A DNA stretch of 64,000 nucleotides, taken from Felis catus (taxonomy: Eukaryota). The notes under the pieces are model-generated. The model ran no database searches. It was not told where the DNA came from and worked only from the letters and a program-made list of their open reading frames with translations. Where the stretch lies: assembly GCF_018350175.1 (NCBI RefSeq), contig NC_058368.1, positions 158,846,001-158,910,000 on the forward strand. Reading direction: 5' to 3'. Shown one piece after another: positions 23,360 to 36,883 of this stretch. Each line of letters opens with the position of its first letter. Position 1 is the stretch's first letter. Position numbers and translations under genes: made by a program.

Positions 23360-26300
23360 CTTGTATGCCATGAAATTCTGCTATAGGCATTGTGTAGGCT
23401 ATTGTTTTTATTTATCCTTTGGTATGACTGATAAATTTATGATTAGAAACCATAGGAGACTTTTTAATAGTTTTCAGTTAAATCTCAGAACAGATCACGG
23501 AGTACATAATTCTTAAGACACCAGGAAGCGTTTAACAACTTGAGTACTAATGATTATCTTTGAAATGGGAATATAAATTTTACTCAGACTTAAGAATTAT
23601 ATTTATGTTGTTAAGTCCGATGAACTCAGATATTAAGCGCTCATTTTTCAAAGATATGAGAAAGTAAATACTTATTGTTTTGGCATTTTTGTCTACATAC
23701 CCAGAATTTTCAAAAATCCTTTATGGTGTGCCATTATTCCCTCAGAAGCACTGCCCTGTCCCCAGCGCAGAGGTAGGTTGAGCCTCAGAGTACTTTTGGG
23801 TCCTGGTTTTAAGTAAGGAAAGACTGCTAAAATGTTGACACAATATTTGCTTCTTATGCAACAGGACTGGGGCTGGTTTATGCATTGTTAGGCCTGGCCA
23901 TTTTTTTCCTGGCTTTCCCCCTTCTCCTTAGCTCTGCTGGGAGAATTGCAGAGTCTTGGTAAAAGTGAAGGGGGTGATCCATGCACCCAGTGTCTTTCTG
24001 CCTCCTGCTCTGAGACTTTACTGTATCCTCCCTTTTGGTGAAAATTCTACATGTTCCCTCTTATAGGGCTTTTTTTTTTTTTTTGGTAGTGAAAAGGATG
24101 TTGACACTATCCACTTTTTCTTATTAATTTACCATGTGACACAAGCCATGCTTCTGGAGTCCTTGACAAAGTGAATAGTGAAGAGGGAGAAAAAGTGGAG
24201 GAAAATGTCTGACGATGAAAGTAAAATGAAAAAAAAAAGAGTAAAGTAAAAACAAAATAAGGGGTAGAAGAGTATCATCGGAAGTTGCTTTGAATTTCCT
24301 CTTGTGGAACCTTTATTTCTCAGCCACCCTGCTCTGTGGTTTTCTGGTTTGCATAATTAAGTGGGTGGAATTCAAAGGATGTATGAATGGCATTACTATG
24401 ATTATGTAACAGTCAAAACAGTTCACTGTTGTGTGAAAGTGAATGAGGACTACTTTTCTGTAAACTGTTACCCTGCTTTGGCAGCTGTTACACTGTGATA
24501 AATGACCGCAGAATTAATTGAAGAGGTTATTATACTATCAAAATATATTTCCATGGAATAATAATACCTCATTGTGAGTCAATGAGTGTCCACCATTAGC
24601 CAATGGGAAATTTCTCTTGAAACATCTATGTTAGAGCACATATTAGAACTTGATTTATTTGAAGAGGTGCCAGCTTTTTCACTTACCATTGTGGGACTAG
24701 ATTGTCATGAAGGACTTAAGATTTGTCCATTTCAAGCTTGGTTTCCTTTCCTTTGAGTGCTCTCATATTATCCCATTTCCTCCCTGTAGGGTGTCAATTG
24801 AATCATTGAGAGCTGAGTTGAATGTCCCAATTAATTGCAATTAAGTGTCTTCACATATGTACAACAATTTTTTTGTAATAAAGTCAGAAACTAATTGCTA
24901 TGGATAAGAAAGCCTTACCTTTCTTTCCTGTAGTTGTTGTGAAAGGAGCATTGCTATTAAATGCTGTTCCATCAGTGTGTTTTAAACATTCACATGAGCT
25001 CAACTCTATTTCAGAATATCTGGAAATTATAGTGAGAAAACTTGATAATGTTCTTTCACATTTTAATAAGGGAGATTATGATAAGGGGAATTTTTAAGCA
25101 ATGACACTGTGAACTCTGTTTGGGTAGTTTGGACAGTGAGCCATGCAACAGGAGAAGCTACGCCTAAACTTACTATCCCATAGGACTGGTGGTTTCCTTT
25201 GCTTTGTCAGTATAGGCTGTAATTCTACTGACAGGTCTACAGGTGGTGGGCAGCTTGGTTTCCTTCGTCAACTTCTGTAAACAGCTGGCACTCCAAAAGA
25301 TTTTTCAAGTGCTCCCTCTATAGGGAAAGAGAGATAATGTGTAGGGTTCCTTCCCCTGGAAAGTGAATGCATGTTGCACATGCAGTAAAACACTCTGGTC
25401 CTTGTTCAATTCTGTGTGGGATGATGGTAGGATTGGGGACAGGGGCCTTTGCTTTTCTGATCCTTGCTTTGTAAATTTCTGTGGCAAAACTTGTGTGTGG
25501 TGCTGTAGAATCAAGGGATCTTCCTTCCAGGACATAATTCCCTTTGTATTAATTATTGTGAATTGAGCACTACTTTTTTGGTTTCTCCAGGAAGGAATTT
25601 TCCCTAAGTATGCTTGGTCTTTAACTGTACTCCTTCCTCTTTCCCATTGGGATTGTTTGAATTATCTGGCTGGCAGGAAACCATACTGATCAACATTTAT
25701 CAGTTGTCAGAAGCTAACCTATCAATAATCTTAAATGAATTTGGATTTTTGTTTGTTTTTTAAACTTTCTCTATTCTGGAAGAGCAGAGACAATGACTTG
25801 TGCAAATGTTTTGCTTTGTAGACTCCAACTTGGCTTTGTGTAGTCTGTCCCTGGAGGGCTGGGGGTTTTTAGGCCTGGTCAATTTTGCACATGAAGTCAA
25901 ACTTTTCCAACTCAGCCTTTACCAGTGACAAGAATGGTATTGTAGACGGCAGTTTGCCTTGTACATTTGTCTTATTTCTCAATTGGCTCAGAACTCAGGG
26001 GAAAGGGATGGCACTGATTGGGCCTCTTTGGATCCCAACTTCTCCAACATCTTTTCCAGAAGGGAGCTATTAAAGGATTGAAGTGATGTGTAGATTGCTG
26101 CTCTGTTGCCCAGGTGCTCTTTCTACTGATTGTTTCATTTACTCCTAATGAAAAGGTGGTACTGTAGGGGAAGAGAGAATTTAAAATTCCAAATGTTTGA
26201 GTTTAATCTGGTGAATTTGAAGATGGCACCCCATTGGAGAAATTTTCCTTCCAGGTTCAGTAAAAAGCCAATTAAATATTTTACAGCCAAAATGCTTTGC

Positions 26301-26362
26301 TCAGGCCCATTCTCATGGGAGGAAAAGGCATCCAGCTGGAAATGGAATAATACTGTGAAGTT

Positions 26363-26500
26363 GGGGCACCTGGGTGCCTCAGTTGGTTAAATATTTGACT
26401 CTTGATCTCAGCTCAGGTTTTGATCTCAGGGTCATAAGTTCAAGCTTTGTGTGCTAGGCTCTGCGTGTTGGGTTCAAAGCCTACTTAAAAAAATAATAAT
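26363..26500 (+). mobile_element. Short old CanSINE (SINEC_old type, no CT tract)
   Basis: tRNA-like head running straight into AAGCCTACTTAAAAAAA. Confidence 0.88.
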
Positions 26501-26792
26501 TTGAGATACATGGTCACAAGTATTTGAAAGTCAGCTTAACTCTGCTGGCTGTTGAGCACTTAAATAGCTTTATAAATCTCTATGGAGATAGAGCATATTT
26601 TAAAGAAGTAATCGAATGTGAAAATTGTAGCATTTTAAATTCTAAGTTAAAATTGTATGACCTTATAGACAGGATATAAATAAATGGTTTAAGTACTAAA
26701 TTGGGGTTTTGGGCATAGAGAGTTTCAGTAGAAGAATTTTATAATTCCCTGGAAGAGTGAATTTTAGTTAAGATAGCTTGATATTGGAAATG

Positions 26793-27091
26793 GAGTTGAT
26801 GCTCAAACTACAAGGATTTAACTGTATGAGTCCATCTATATGGTTAAAATAGGTTACAGTACTGTAAATGTACTCTATTTTGATTTTAACATTTTCTTTA
26901 GCTTACTTAATTGTAAGAATATAACACATGTAGTATATAAAACATACCTCCTACAAAATACATGCTATTTAAATATTATTGATAGGCTTCCAGTCAACAA
27001 TAGGCCATTAATAATTCTTAGGGAGTTTTGGCTGGGTAGGGGGTTTGACTGTGTGCAGAGGGTTTAAAATACCTTTTTCAAAGGTAAGCTG
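26793..27091 (+). mobile_element. Second, more decayed Tigger2a-like element
   Basis: Shares ACAGTACTGTAAATG, TAAGAATA and GGCTTCCAGTCAACAATAGGCCATTA motifs with the 21794 element; ends CTG followed by TA. Confidence 0.65.
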
Positions 27092-28415
27092 TATATGCAT
27101 GTATTTTTCTATACACATGAGTGTATATATGTTTATATACTTACATACACACATATCTATACAAGCATGTATTAGAGGGTAGGAATTAAAGTGTTTAATG
27201 TGATTTCAATTTTCTTTAATTAGTTGGAGAATTTTGCAGTATGTTACTTTCAAATTCAGAAAAAGAATTGTTAGATACATTCTTTTTATATCCTGCTATG
27301 CCCAGGATATAAAGATTATTTACATTAATTCTATTTCAAATATGCCAATTTTTTCAAAATGGAAACTTTTAATGAAAGCCCATCTGGAATTTTTAATACC
27401 TATATTCTTCCTAAGACAATATAAACCAAGACAAAATTTATCCAGTAGTCCTTCATTTTCTAAAGCATAGAAATGAATAGGGATAGAATACCTTCTGTGT
27501 GTTTTTAAAATACTGTATGAAATATCATATGTAACCTATCCATCCTGAGATAAACACTATTATAATTTTGGTGATTATATTCTTCAGGCATCTCTCTCTC
27601 TCTATCTCATTTTCTCTCTGTCTCTCGTAAATATAAATGGAATCTCCTTCATAAATGGAATCCTATCCTACATCAAGTTTTTATCAGTAGACACTTTCTT
27701 CCTCATTACATTTCCTAAAGCCTCTACAACCCATATCCACTTTAGTCATGCTAATAACCCTGGGTATGTCCTTCCATTTTTTCCAAGTCCATATATTGAT
27801 ACTCCACTAAACGATTTGTTTTTAAAGCATTTGTACCACATTGAAATGACTTCTGTAACTCTGTGGTCTATATCTTACAAACAATTCATTCTTGACTCTT
27901 GGTTTTCATGTTTGTCTCAGCAATTGTTGGATATTTTCCCTGTATGAATTAGAAGGTTTATCTAAATTATTCCTGGTAAGATTTTACTCATTGCACTGAA
28001 TTTTTAAATGATACTGTGGTACCTTTTAATATCTTCATCATCGTTTAGCCATCAAGAATTTCTTCAGTTTTTTTTTTTTTACTAGACTATCTTCAAGAAG
28101 TTCCATGAGGACTAAGATGAGAAGAGCATTTTTACTATAGCTGATTCAAAAACTTTGACCTGTGTACACTATAATTGGCTTACTTGTAACCTAAGCACTA
28201 AGGGAAATAATTTCTAATGTCCTTTTTAGCTGTAAGTTTCTAAAATTGATACAGAAGAATGTTAAATATAGTCTGATACAGATACCATGAAAATTTCTAT
28301 TTGTTCTGGGTGTTTCAGGGTAGGGGATTTAAAGTGATAAATCCAGGAGGGTTCTAGGCAATCCGAGATGGCTATTCATTATGTCTGGTCAGCTGGTTTC
28401 TTTAAAATACTTTAA

Positions 28416-28618
28416 TTGTTTTCAATGTTTATTCAGTTTTGAGAGATAGCACAAGTTGGGAAGGGGCACAGGGAGAAAGGGGGAGACAGAATCTGAAGCA
28501 GGTTCCAGGCTCTGAGCTGTCAACACAGAGACCAACACAGGGCTTGAAATCACAAACTGTGAGATCATGACCTGAGCTGAAGTCAGCCACCTAACTGATG
28601 GAGCCATGCAGGCACCCC
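28416..28618 (-). mobile_element. CanSINE
   Basis: TSD TCTTTAAA(A/G)TACTTTAA. Confidence 0.95.
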
Positions 28619-28984
28619 TCTTTAAAGTACTTTAAAAATATCCATTCTCTTATGTATAAAGAAATTGACATTTCTGCAATAGTCTTTAAGTAGACTTTAA
28701 AAATTACTTCTTTCCTTAGAAATTTTGTCAAGATTTTTGGCTCAGATATATTTTGTTTAAAACATTTTAATAGTCTAGAAATAACTATGAAAAAATGTTT
28801 CTAACATTTCACCATATGAAAATAAAATGTATAGATAATCATCTTTTTTAACTGTTAACAAGTATGAAAATGAACATGAGGAGAAGCCAATAATTAATAA
28901 TTTTAATGGTACTCATATATTCTAGAGAAGTTTGAATAACTTTTTGGGTTTTCTCTCTACTTTCTGGAGAGAAATCAACTACAT

Positions 28985-29381
28985 GCTCTTTGGTATCTCT
29001 TCTGTAGGGGCACTAATCACATTATGAGGACCCTACCTCCTTGATCATAACTAAACCCAATTACCTTCCAAAGGCCCACCTCCCAATACCTTCACATTTA
29101 AAGTTAAGACCTCAACATAGGGGTGCCTGGGTGGCTCAGTCGGTTAAGCATCTGACTTCGGCTCAGGTCATGATCTCATGGTTTGTGAGTTCAGCTCCAT
29201 GTCAGACTCTGTGCTGATAGCTCAGAGCCTGGAGTCTGCTGCGGATTCTGTGTCTCCCTCTCTCTCTGCCCCTCCCCCACTTGTGCTCAGTCTCTGTCTC
29301 TCAAAAATGAATAAATGTGAAAAACAAAAGTTAAGGCTTCAACATAAGAATTTTGGGCAGCACACAATTTGGTTCATAGCA
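28985..29381 (-). mobile_element. MaLR LTR fragment (MLT1A-like) split by a SINE
   Basis: GGGCACTAATCACATTATGAGG, AATTACCTTCCAAAGGCCCACCTCCCAATACC, TTCAACATAAGAATTTTGGG...CATAGCA. Confidence 0.85.
29120..29326 (+). mobile_element. CanSINE
   Basis: TSD AAAGTTAAG(A/G)C(C/T)TCAACATA. Confidence 0.96.
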
Positions 29382-32231
29382 GGTCTCATGGAAGCACACA
29401 AACCATGAGAAATTGATTTATTGCAGTTGGTTTGACTTAGTTAATAAAATGCTTAAGGGTCTCAATTCTGAGTAATCACTAAAAAATTATTTACTGAAAT
29501 ATATTTTAGTATGTTACTGTGTAAGCCTATTGAGGAATCCGTTTTGACAGAATAAAATGCAAAGATCACTATATGTAAAAACCATAAAACTAACAGACAA
29601 TGAAAGGCTTTCTAGTAATCAGAATTCAAGTAACTCTGAATTTGCATTTCCGTTGCCTTATGAAAATCTTTAATGGACTTCAGTATATATATTAAGCAGA
29701 TGAATATTTGCCCTTTATAAAGTCATTTATTTTATGTAAATTTTTCTTGCTCTTCTCAAACCATCAGTACATTGTTGTCCCCTTTGTAATAAGGTGAGGT
29801 TGCTAGGCAGTGTCACAGATTCTGGCACCAAGCCACTGATGGGTGACAATGCCAACCTCTGTACTGCATAGCCATTCTTCTTAAAGATGACTTTAAGGCC
29901 GGTAATACATTTTAAGCATACAGGGAGACTTGAAGCCTAAATGGTGCCTTTGAGTGAAGAAAAAACTTAAACCCGATTCATATAAATATTGGCAAATACA
30001 AATAACAGAATCTTGCTTTCCTGAGATCACACAGTCTACATCCTTGCATTTAGGTTTTCACTATTTTGGACTTGCTTAACTTGTCAGCCTACTTTTCGTA
30101 GTCTGTTTTAATTGCTTACTTTGTATAGATCTACCTTGGAGGCCTTTAAAATTGTTTGGGTAATGATGGATCTATTTGTTTATTTGTAGAAATAAAGTGA
30201 TTGAATCAAGAAAGGGATTTTTAGGACTTAGAATGTTTTTATAATTTGAATTATTTCTCCATGTGTGTGTGTGTCAACTATTTTTGGTATACCTAAGACA
30301 GATACTTGAATGGTGGAGATCTGAGGATGGAACTAATTAGGGGTGGAGGGAGGGCGTTATTATGGAGAGAGAGAGAGAATCACTAAATCGTGTGGGTAAT
30401 TCTGTGAAATACAAGACTACATTAGTATGCAGATTGCATCTGATACTCTCATAAATAATATGTTTATAGAAAAACAGCCATTTGCTCTAAGTAAATGGTA
30501 GTGCCTGCAACACTTTTGTAGATGATTTGTTGAGCATGTAGTGGTAATCTTACTGCTCCTACTGAGCATATATTCCCTTAACTATGTATTCAGAAGAATG
30601 TATAAATCACAAATGCAAAGTAAGCAAAATACAGCAACTCACATTTATTTTAATTACGTGGTATTGAAATGTTTGCTCTTTAATATTTTTCATGACTCGG
30701 GGCTTGTAGAAGTACCACAGAAAATAAAATTAAGCATTAAATATTACATAATTGTAAGCCTTCAGCCTTGCCTGAACTTGTAAAGGAATAATGCTATATT
30801 TGTATTACATTTTGGTCTTATTTTATTTCATTAGTAATTGTTAGCTTTTCTTCTGAAACTTGCTCTAAATTGAGTTTAGGCTGCATTCAGCAATGTCAAG
30901 AAAATTGATAATGTTTATATCTTAGCACCATGCAGTATATGATCTTACTAACTCTGTATTAATATTCCCACAGAAGGGTAAAAAAGGGGCTTTTAGCATT
31001 CACCCTTTGTTCAATAAATCAAACATAAACATGATCTGCACATGCCTTTTCAGCGAACTCTGCCATTTTGTTGGTCTTTTATCTTGAAGGTTTATTGCTT
31101 TACATGGCTTAACATGATTTAGGGTCTCAACTGTTTCATCTAGGATGTTGAGGTTATGATGTCTCAGCTGGAGTGTATGAGAAAGTCGGAGCCTAAAACT
31201 CCCTGAGCATGTACAGTAGGTGCAGTGGATATGTTGGCATGATTCATTCCTTGGCACATGGACTTTGTTTTGCCCTCTAGTTTTTGAAATGCATTGCATT
31301 TCTGAATAATTAGCTAAAAATATTGGATCTTTTCTGTGGATTATTTTGTCTTCCTCAGCCTAAAAACTTTGAACGACATACTAGCTCTTTTTTCAGCCTT
31401 TCCAATAGCAACTCGCAGGAAAGAACTGAAGTGATAGTTAAGAATTTATTAAAATCTAGTGATTTCAAGATGATTATGCAACAGAAAATTTTATTTTTAT
31501 TTTTAGAGTTTCTTTGTCACTTACTTCTGTCCCTTTTAACATGACTGTCAAATTTTGTTGTTTAAATGAGTATATAACTCTGTGAATAATGACTAAGTGC
31601 CTCCTTTTTGTTTTTCCTGCTAGAGAAAGTGCTTAGGGAAGGGAAAAACACAATGCAAGCATAAGCAGGGGCTGGACCCCAAAGATTAAGATGGCACATA
31701 AGATGTGGTTGAAGATCTATGATCATGCTTTTAAATTATAATGTATTATACATATACTATTCTGATAAAATTATATGTAAAAAAAGACTAAAATGATTTG
31801 TTATGGTCATGAAACAACACAGGAGTCCCTGGGAAAGAGTAGTCAGTATGAGGCTGGTCTGGGCAGCCTGAACTAAATTTGTACCTAAATGACCCAGTGA
31901 TGCACCACCTTGCTCTGCTCTCAAGGCAAGCATGATTTCTCTCACCTTCCAGCCCCATCCTGCTACTCTGGTTTAAACATTTTGATGGCTTTCTACCACA
32001 CTTTAAATAAAATCTAAACTATCATTTTCCCCTCCCCAGTAGCACCCTAGTTAGGTTCTTCTCTAATGAATGCAGGGTTTTGTATGAGCTGTTCATACTG
32101 GATGTTACTGATTTACAGTGTAGCTTCCATTCACCTTTTAGCTTTTCCACCATAGCTTCACTTTTTTGTTCAAGCGGCCACCTTTGCCTGGTTACATTGT
32201 AGCCACATAATTTCTGGGATTGACTCCTGCC

Positions 32232-32540
32232 TGTGGGGCAATTCTCAGTAGTCAAACCCAATACTGATACTGTCAATTTTTTGTTAGGCATTGATCTAGG
32301 TGCCCATGCTCAAGCCAGGCAATATAAATAATCCCTCAGTCATAGGCATTGAGCCAGGAATGGGCAAGTAACTTTATTCAGGTCAGTGGCACACAGGAAA
32401 AGCTTTCTAGAGGTTTCTGGGAATTGTTTTCTTCCAACAAGAGACCATCTCTTCATTGTATATTCCAGGCAAAGCCTAGGATTTTGTCAACTCTGTTGCC
32501 TCAAGCTGAGAGTTGAGGTAGTCCCATAGATGGGACTCAG
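32232..32540 (+). mobile_element. Ancient MaLR LTR fragment (MLT1J/K-like)
   Basis: CCAGGAATGGGCAAGTAACT and TTCTAGAGGTTTCTGGGAA motifs. Confidence 0.45.
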
Positions 32541-32689
32541 CCAATATCTTCCCTTCTTTTGTTTAAACTAGTTTTTGTTTTGTTTTGTTTTGTTAGGGTA
32601 AAAGGTTCTTCCGCTTGGAATTCTTTCCTGAAGTTGTTAAATGTTTACTTCCTGCGTGGTGTTGATCTCAGTTCAACTGCTGGTTTTTC

Positions 32690-32928
32690 AGACAGCCTTT
32701 CCTTGATACAGTCTAAGACACCCCTATCAGTCACTCTTTATCTAGATACTGTTTTGTTTTCTTAATAGCACTTAGTACTATTTTCTTATTCATTAGTGTA
32801 TTTAATGTTTCCTCAAATGTAAGCTCCATGAGAACAGCGAGTTTGTCCTCTCAATCACTGCTATATCTTTAGCAATTTGAAAAGTGTGTTCATCCATAAT
32901 AGATTCTCATTATTTGTTGAATCGATTG
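32690..32928 (+). mobile_element. LINE-2 3' end
   Basis: AATGTAAGCTCCATGAGAACAG, TCACTGCTATATC, TATTTGTTGAAT. Confidence 0.8.
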
Positions 32929-33360
32929 TTAAGTGGACCTATCAGATCCCAAACTTTTAGTTCAAATTCTGTGCTATATCCACTGTACTTTTTTTCCTGA
33001 CGAGGAGAATGATAACCACATGAGAAACAAAGAGATTCAACCGATCTTGTTGTTGACTGAAGGGTAAAAAATTAAATACTAAACCAATATCCAATATGTC
33101 AGTTAAAGTGTAAGAGTTTTTAATCTAAATCAAATGTATTTAAAATGTAGGACAGTAAGAAGAAGGTATAGCATACACATGAAAAGAATGCAAGTGACTA
33201 CAGAGTGGGCATTGAATTCATATGTTTGTTCCATGATTGTAAATGACTTCTATCACAAAACTTTGTCTGCAATGAGTGGCTTATTACATGGCTGAGTTAT
33301 AGAATCTAGGATTCTAAATATTCCAGTAGTAGATTTTAAGCCCAGAGATGGGCTTAGGAG

Positions 33361-33550
33361 AGGCAGTTTTTCTATCATGTGATTAAAGGCATGTTTTGGT
33401 ACCAGAATGCCTGGGATTGAATTTCTAAAGTTAACCTACTAACTGCCTAACTTTGCTTAACTTCTCTGTGCCTTAGTATGTTCATCTGAAGATGTGGCTA
33501 ATAGCTACTTGATACAGATACTGTAAGAATTATGTTAATCATACAGAAAG
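33361..33550 (+). mobile_element. MIR SINE
   Basis: CCAGAATGCCTGGGATTGAAT, TTGCTTAACTTCTCTGTGCCTTAGT. Confidence 0.75.
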
Positions 33551-33679
33551 GAATGCTCTTTATTCTTGTAGTCTCTTTTGTAAAAATTGTCAATCTGTTA
33601 TTGACACTTAAGTAAAACAATACAATGAAATACTAAATAAAAAGGTACGTAATGGTCTCCATTGCGAAAAATGGATTGT

Positions 33680-33850
33680 GGGGCACCTGGGTGGCTTAGT
33701 TGGTTCAGTGTCTGACTCTTGATTTCAACTCCGGTCATGATCCCAGGGTCATGGGATTAAGCCCCAAGTCGTGCCCTATGCTGGATATGAAGCCTGCTTG
33801 AAATTCTCTCTCCACTTTCCCTCTGCCTTTGCCCTGCACACATGCAAGGC
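33680..33850 (+). mobile_element. Older CanSINE lacking its A tail
   Basis: Head plus GATCCCAGGGTCATGGGATTAAGCCCC body; no poly-A or TSD. Confidence 0.9.
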
Positions 33851-35151
33851 ACATGTGCAAGGCACATATCCATATCTGCAATTGATACTGAACTGCTAAT
33901 GACCACCCTTTAACCCTAGTGTGAAAAGAAAACAGTAAGTGGCATATTATGTTTTGCATAATATTGTCCAGTATTGCAGGGCACACTTCATTTGAGAGGG
34001 TGGACCTAGAAAGATTGGTCTACTACCTACAGACAAATAGTAAAGGCACACGTGAGTGACTGAGAATGGGGAGAGGTGGTCAGAACCCTGTCATTAACTC
34101 CCTCATAGTTGGTATGTTTCCTTGTTACAACTCACTGGGTCAACAGTATTTTTAAAATACTGTAAATATATTAAACAGCAAACAACTAAAATTTTAGGGT
34201 AGGGAGATGTTTCTCAAGGGTATTTTTCAGGCATTATCTTCTTTCCTGATGGCAATAGGTATAACTTACATTCAGGGCAAGGTGTACCCACCTTTCAGAC
34301 TTAAATGAAAGACAACTGGCTTCAACCCCTTTCTAACTATGGGACCAAGGCACCTCTTTATACCTCATTTCTGATACCGTTATAATAATAATGTTAACTC
34401 ATTTGTGTTACAGTTATAATAATAAAGCTTTCCCCATAAGGTTGTAATCAATGTTAAGCTAATATATCATAGCTAATATCTATCAGAACTATGCCTGCAA
34501 TAAGATAAACAGTTGGAGGATACTCTATCCATGAACAATAAAATTTCAAACAAAGGCCATTTATGATTAATCACTTCTTTATTGATTTTAAAAAGCAGTA
34601 TATCCAAGTCTCAAGCTAATCTCACATTGTTAAACACCATCAGAAATGGTGAAATCCTTACAACAAGTAAAATGGCATCATCTTGCAATGGAGAAATTAC
34701 CCTGAATGATGTGGTAGTGTGAAGTCGCAGGATTCTGGAAGCAGAATAAACCAGACATACTGCAGAAAGTTAACAAACAGAGCTTAGATGCTCTGAGCAC
34801 CCAGTTCTTCACAGAAATCTGTGCAGGAGACTGTGGCAGTCATTTAAAAATTGCAGGGGAGAAATAGGGCTTAACTTGAAAGAACATACAAGTTGAAGGG
34901 GGGGCGGAACACAATACATTAACACTGTTGAACTAGATTTGAGTAGCAATTCAGAGACAACCATATAGGATCGTAAACAGTTACTTACCTTTAAATAGAA
35001 TACTGTTTGGAAGATGGATAATTTCAGGCTATGGTAATTGGGATAGCTGCTGTATTCTGCTTAAACAGCCATATGTTTTTATTGTGAATAAAATCCTCCA
35101 GACACACACACGTACTTTTACTTGAGTCTGTCTTTTCACATATCCCTAGAA

Positions 35152-35205
35152 CTGAGCTGAAATCAAAAGTCAGATGTTTAACCAACTGAGCCATCCAGGC
35201 ACCCC
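35152..35205 (-). mobile_element. CanSINE head-only fragment
   Basis: CTGAGCTGAAATCAAAAGTCAGATGTTTAACCAACTGAGCCATCCAGGCACCCC with no body or tail. Confidence 0.9.
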
Positions 35206-36663
35206 TAAACCATGGTATCTTTTTAAACCTAGAAGCTCCATAAGAAGCATCACAGTATAATTGTCAAGTAATTTTTTAAATACCTTTTGATGTAGAATTT
35301 GAGGCAAGTTTACTTGAACTACATGTACAATATTGAAAGGCAGTATAATTTTTCTGGGAATGTTGAACATAGTCCAATCTTAAAGTGGCTGAATGTCAAT
35401 TTAGGTGTGCAACATAACTTTATACACAGTGAAATCTTTTAAAAGTTTAAGGTTAAAAATTAGCACCTTTTCAGATTTGAAGCCCATCAGGATGTCAACA
35501 TTTTATAGTTGCCAATTCTCTTTAACATAGTGTTGGAGGAACGTGGCATTAATTAAAGCTTTGTTATTTATTTTATCAATCTATGGACTTTGCAAGTTTG
35601 AGGCTAATTAGTCAGATTTCATGGTGGTTCTGTGACGAGGATTAAGACCGTGTTACTCAATTCGACTTGTGACTTGTTAGCACCATGTGATTAGAATGCT
35701 AGTCAGTCAGTTTATGTTACCATTTGGGGAGAAAAATGTCCTGAGCCATTTATATAAAATGTTGTTTTAAGAACTTAATTGAAAAATCTGTGGCATTTTC
35801 AAGCCAGCATTCTGAAGTAGCACATTCTGTCTTTGAGAATGATTTTTCAGTTGGACCTGATTTCCAGTGCAGCTACATAAGGATGTTAGCCAAGTCTTCT
35901 GGCAGTAACAAATGAGATTAAACACATTTTTCATGAAGTGTATTTATCTACAGGACCAAACATACTGTGAGCAAATATATTCTTTACTCACTTAAACTTG
36001 AGCCCACTGGAGTGCTCAAAACCTTATTCTCTGTGTCCTTTGACGAATGTGCTAATTAAAGAGGTTAGAGTCAGTGTAGTCTTTTTTTTTTTTTAATAAT
36101 AACCACTAACAATGTAAATGATAAAAAGTAATCCTAAATGATTTCAATTTACTTTTGGTAAGATGGATAATTATTAGTTCTGAACCAGAAGTATTTACAC
36201 CTTTGCAAATGAGTCAGCAGTAAAGAATATTAAGATCTGTTGCACCCGTATGAGATGTTTCCATTCTATTTGAAGATTATCAGTTATACCTAGATATTTT
36301 AGCCATAATTCATACCTTGTAAATTTTTTCTTCAATGACTTATCCATTATATTTTGGAGTAGAACTACTCAAGTCAGTCCAGTAATAACATTCAACACAC
36401 ATAAACTGATGGGAGCTCCTTTACCAGGCTGGTGAAACAAGTAAAAAACAAAACAACAGACAAAAACATGGGTCTATATTCAGAGAATAGAAAGTACCAC
36501 CTGTATATACTTAATTAGTTCAAATATAGGCCTAGCTTCCAAAGTAGAGAGTAGTCAGCCTCTTAATTTTTGGCTGTTTGTGTACTGCTTGGTAATAATC
36601 TGTTTATATGTATAGTTGAGATAACAAATAGCTTGACAAGTAGATACTGGAAATAGCCTTATA

Positions 36664-36815
36664 CAGCGACTCTCAACGGTGGCACTATTGATGCTTTGAG
36701 ATGGATAAAATTTGTTGTTGGGTTTCCTATGCATCATAGGGTATTAAGCAGCTCTCTACCCACTGGATACCAGTAGTGCCCTCCCAGTTGTGACAATTAC
36801 ACATTCCTCCAAGGA
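36664..36815. mobile_element. MER20-like hAT DNA transposon relic
   Basis: TCTCAACGGTGGCACTATTGA, CTCTACCCACTGGATACCAGTAG, CCCAGTTGTGACAA. Confidence 0.8.
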
Positions 36816-36827
36816 ATGCTGTAATTA

Positions 36828-36829
<2 letters not shown>

Positions 36830-36881
<52 letters not shown>
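36830..36881. repeat. (TG)n(CG)n(TG)n microsatellite
   Basis: Direct reading of the sequence. Confidence 0.97.

Positions 36882-36883
<2 letters not shown>

Noticed and set aside
29730..29910. Stop-free minus-strand frame (ITGLKVIFKKNGYAVQRLALSPISGLV...) as a possible exon
   Set aside because: No convincing splice sites and no recognisable protein similarity
34981..34990. Consensus minus-strand splice donor AGGTAAGT
   Set aside because: No matching acceptor or open exon found; such motifs occur by chance in 64 kb
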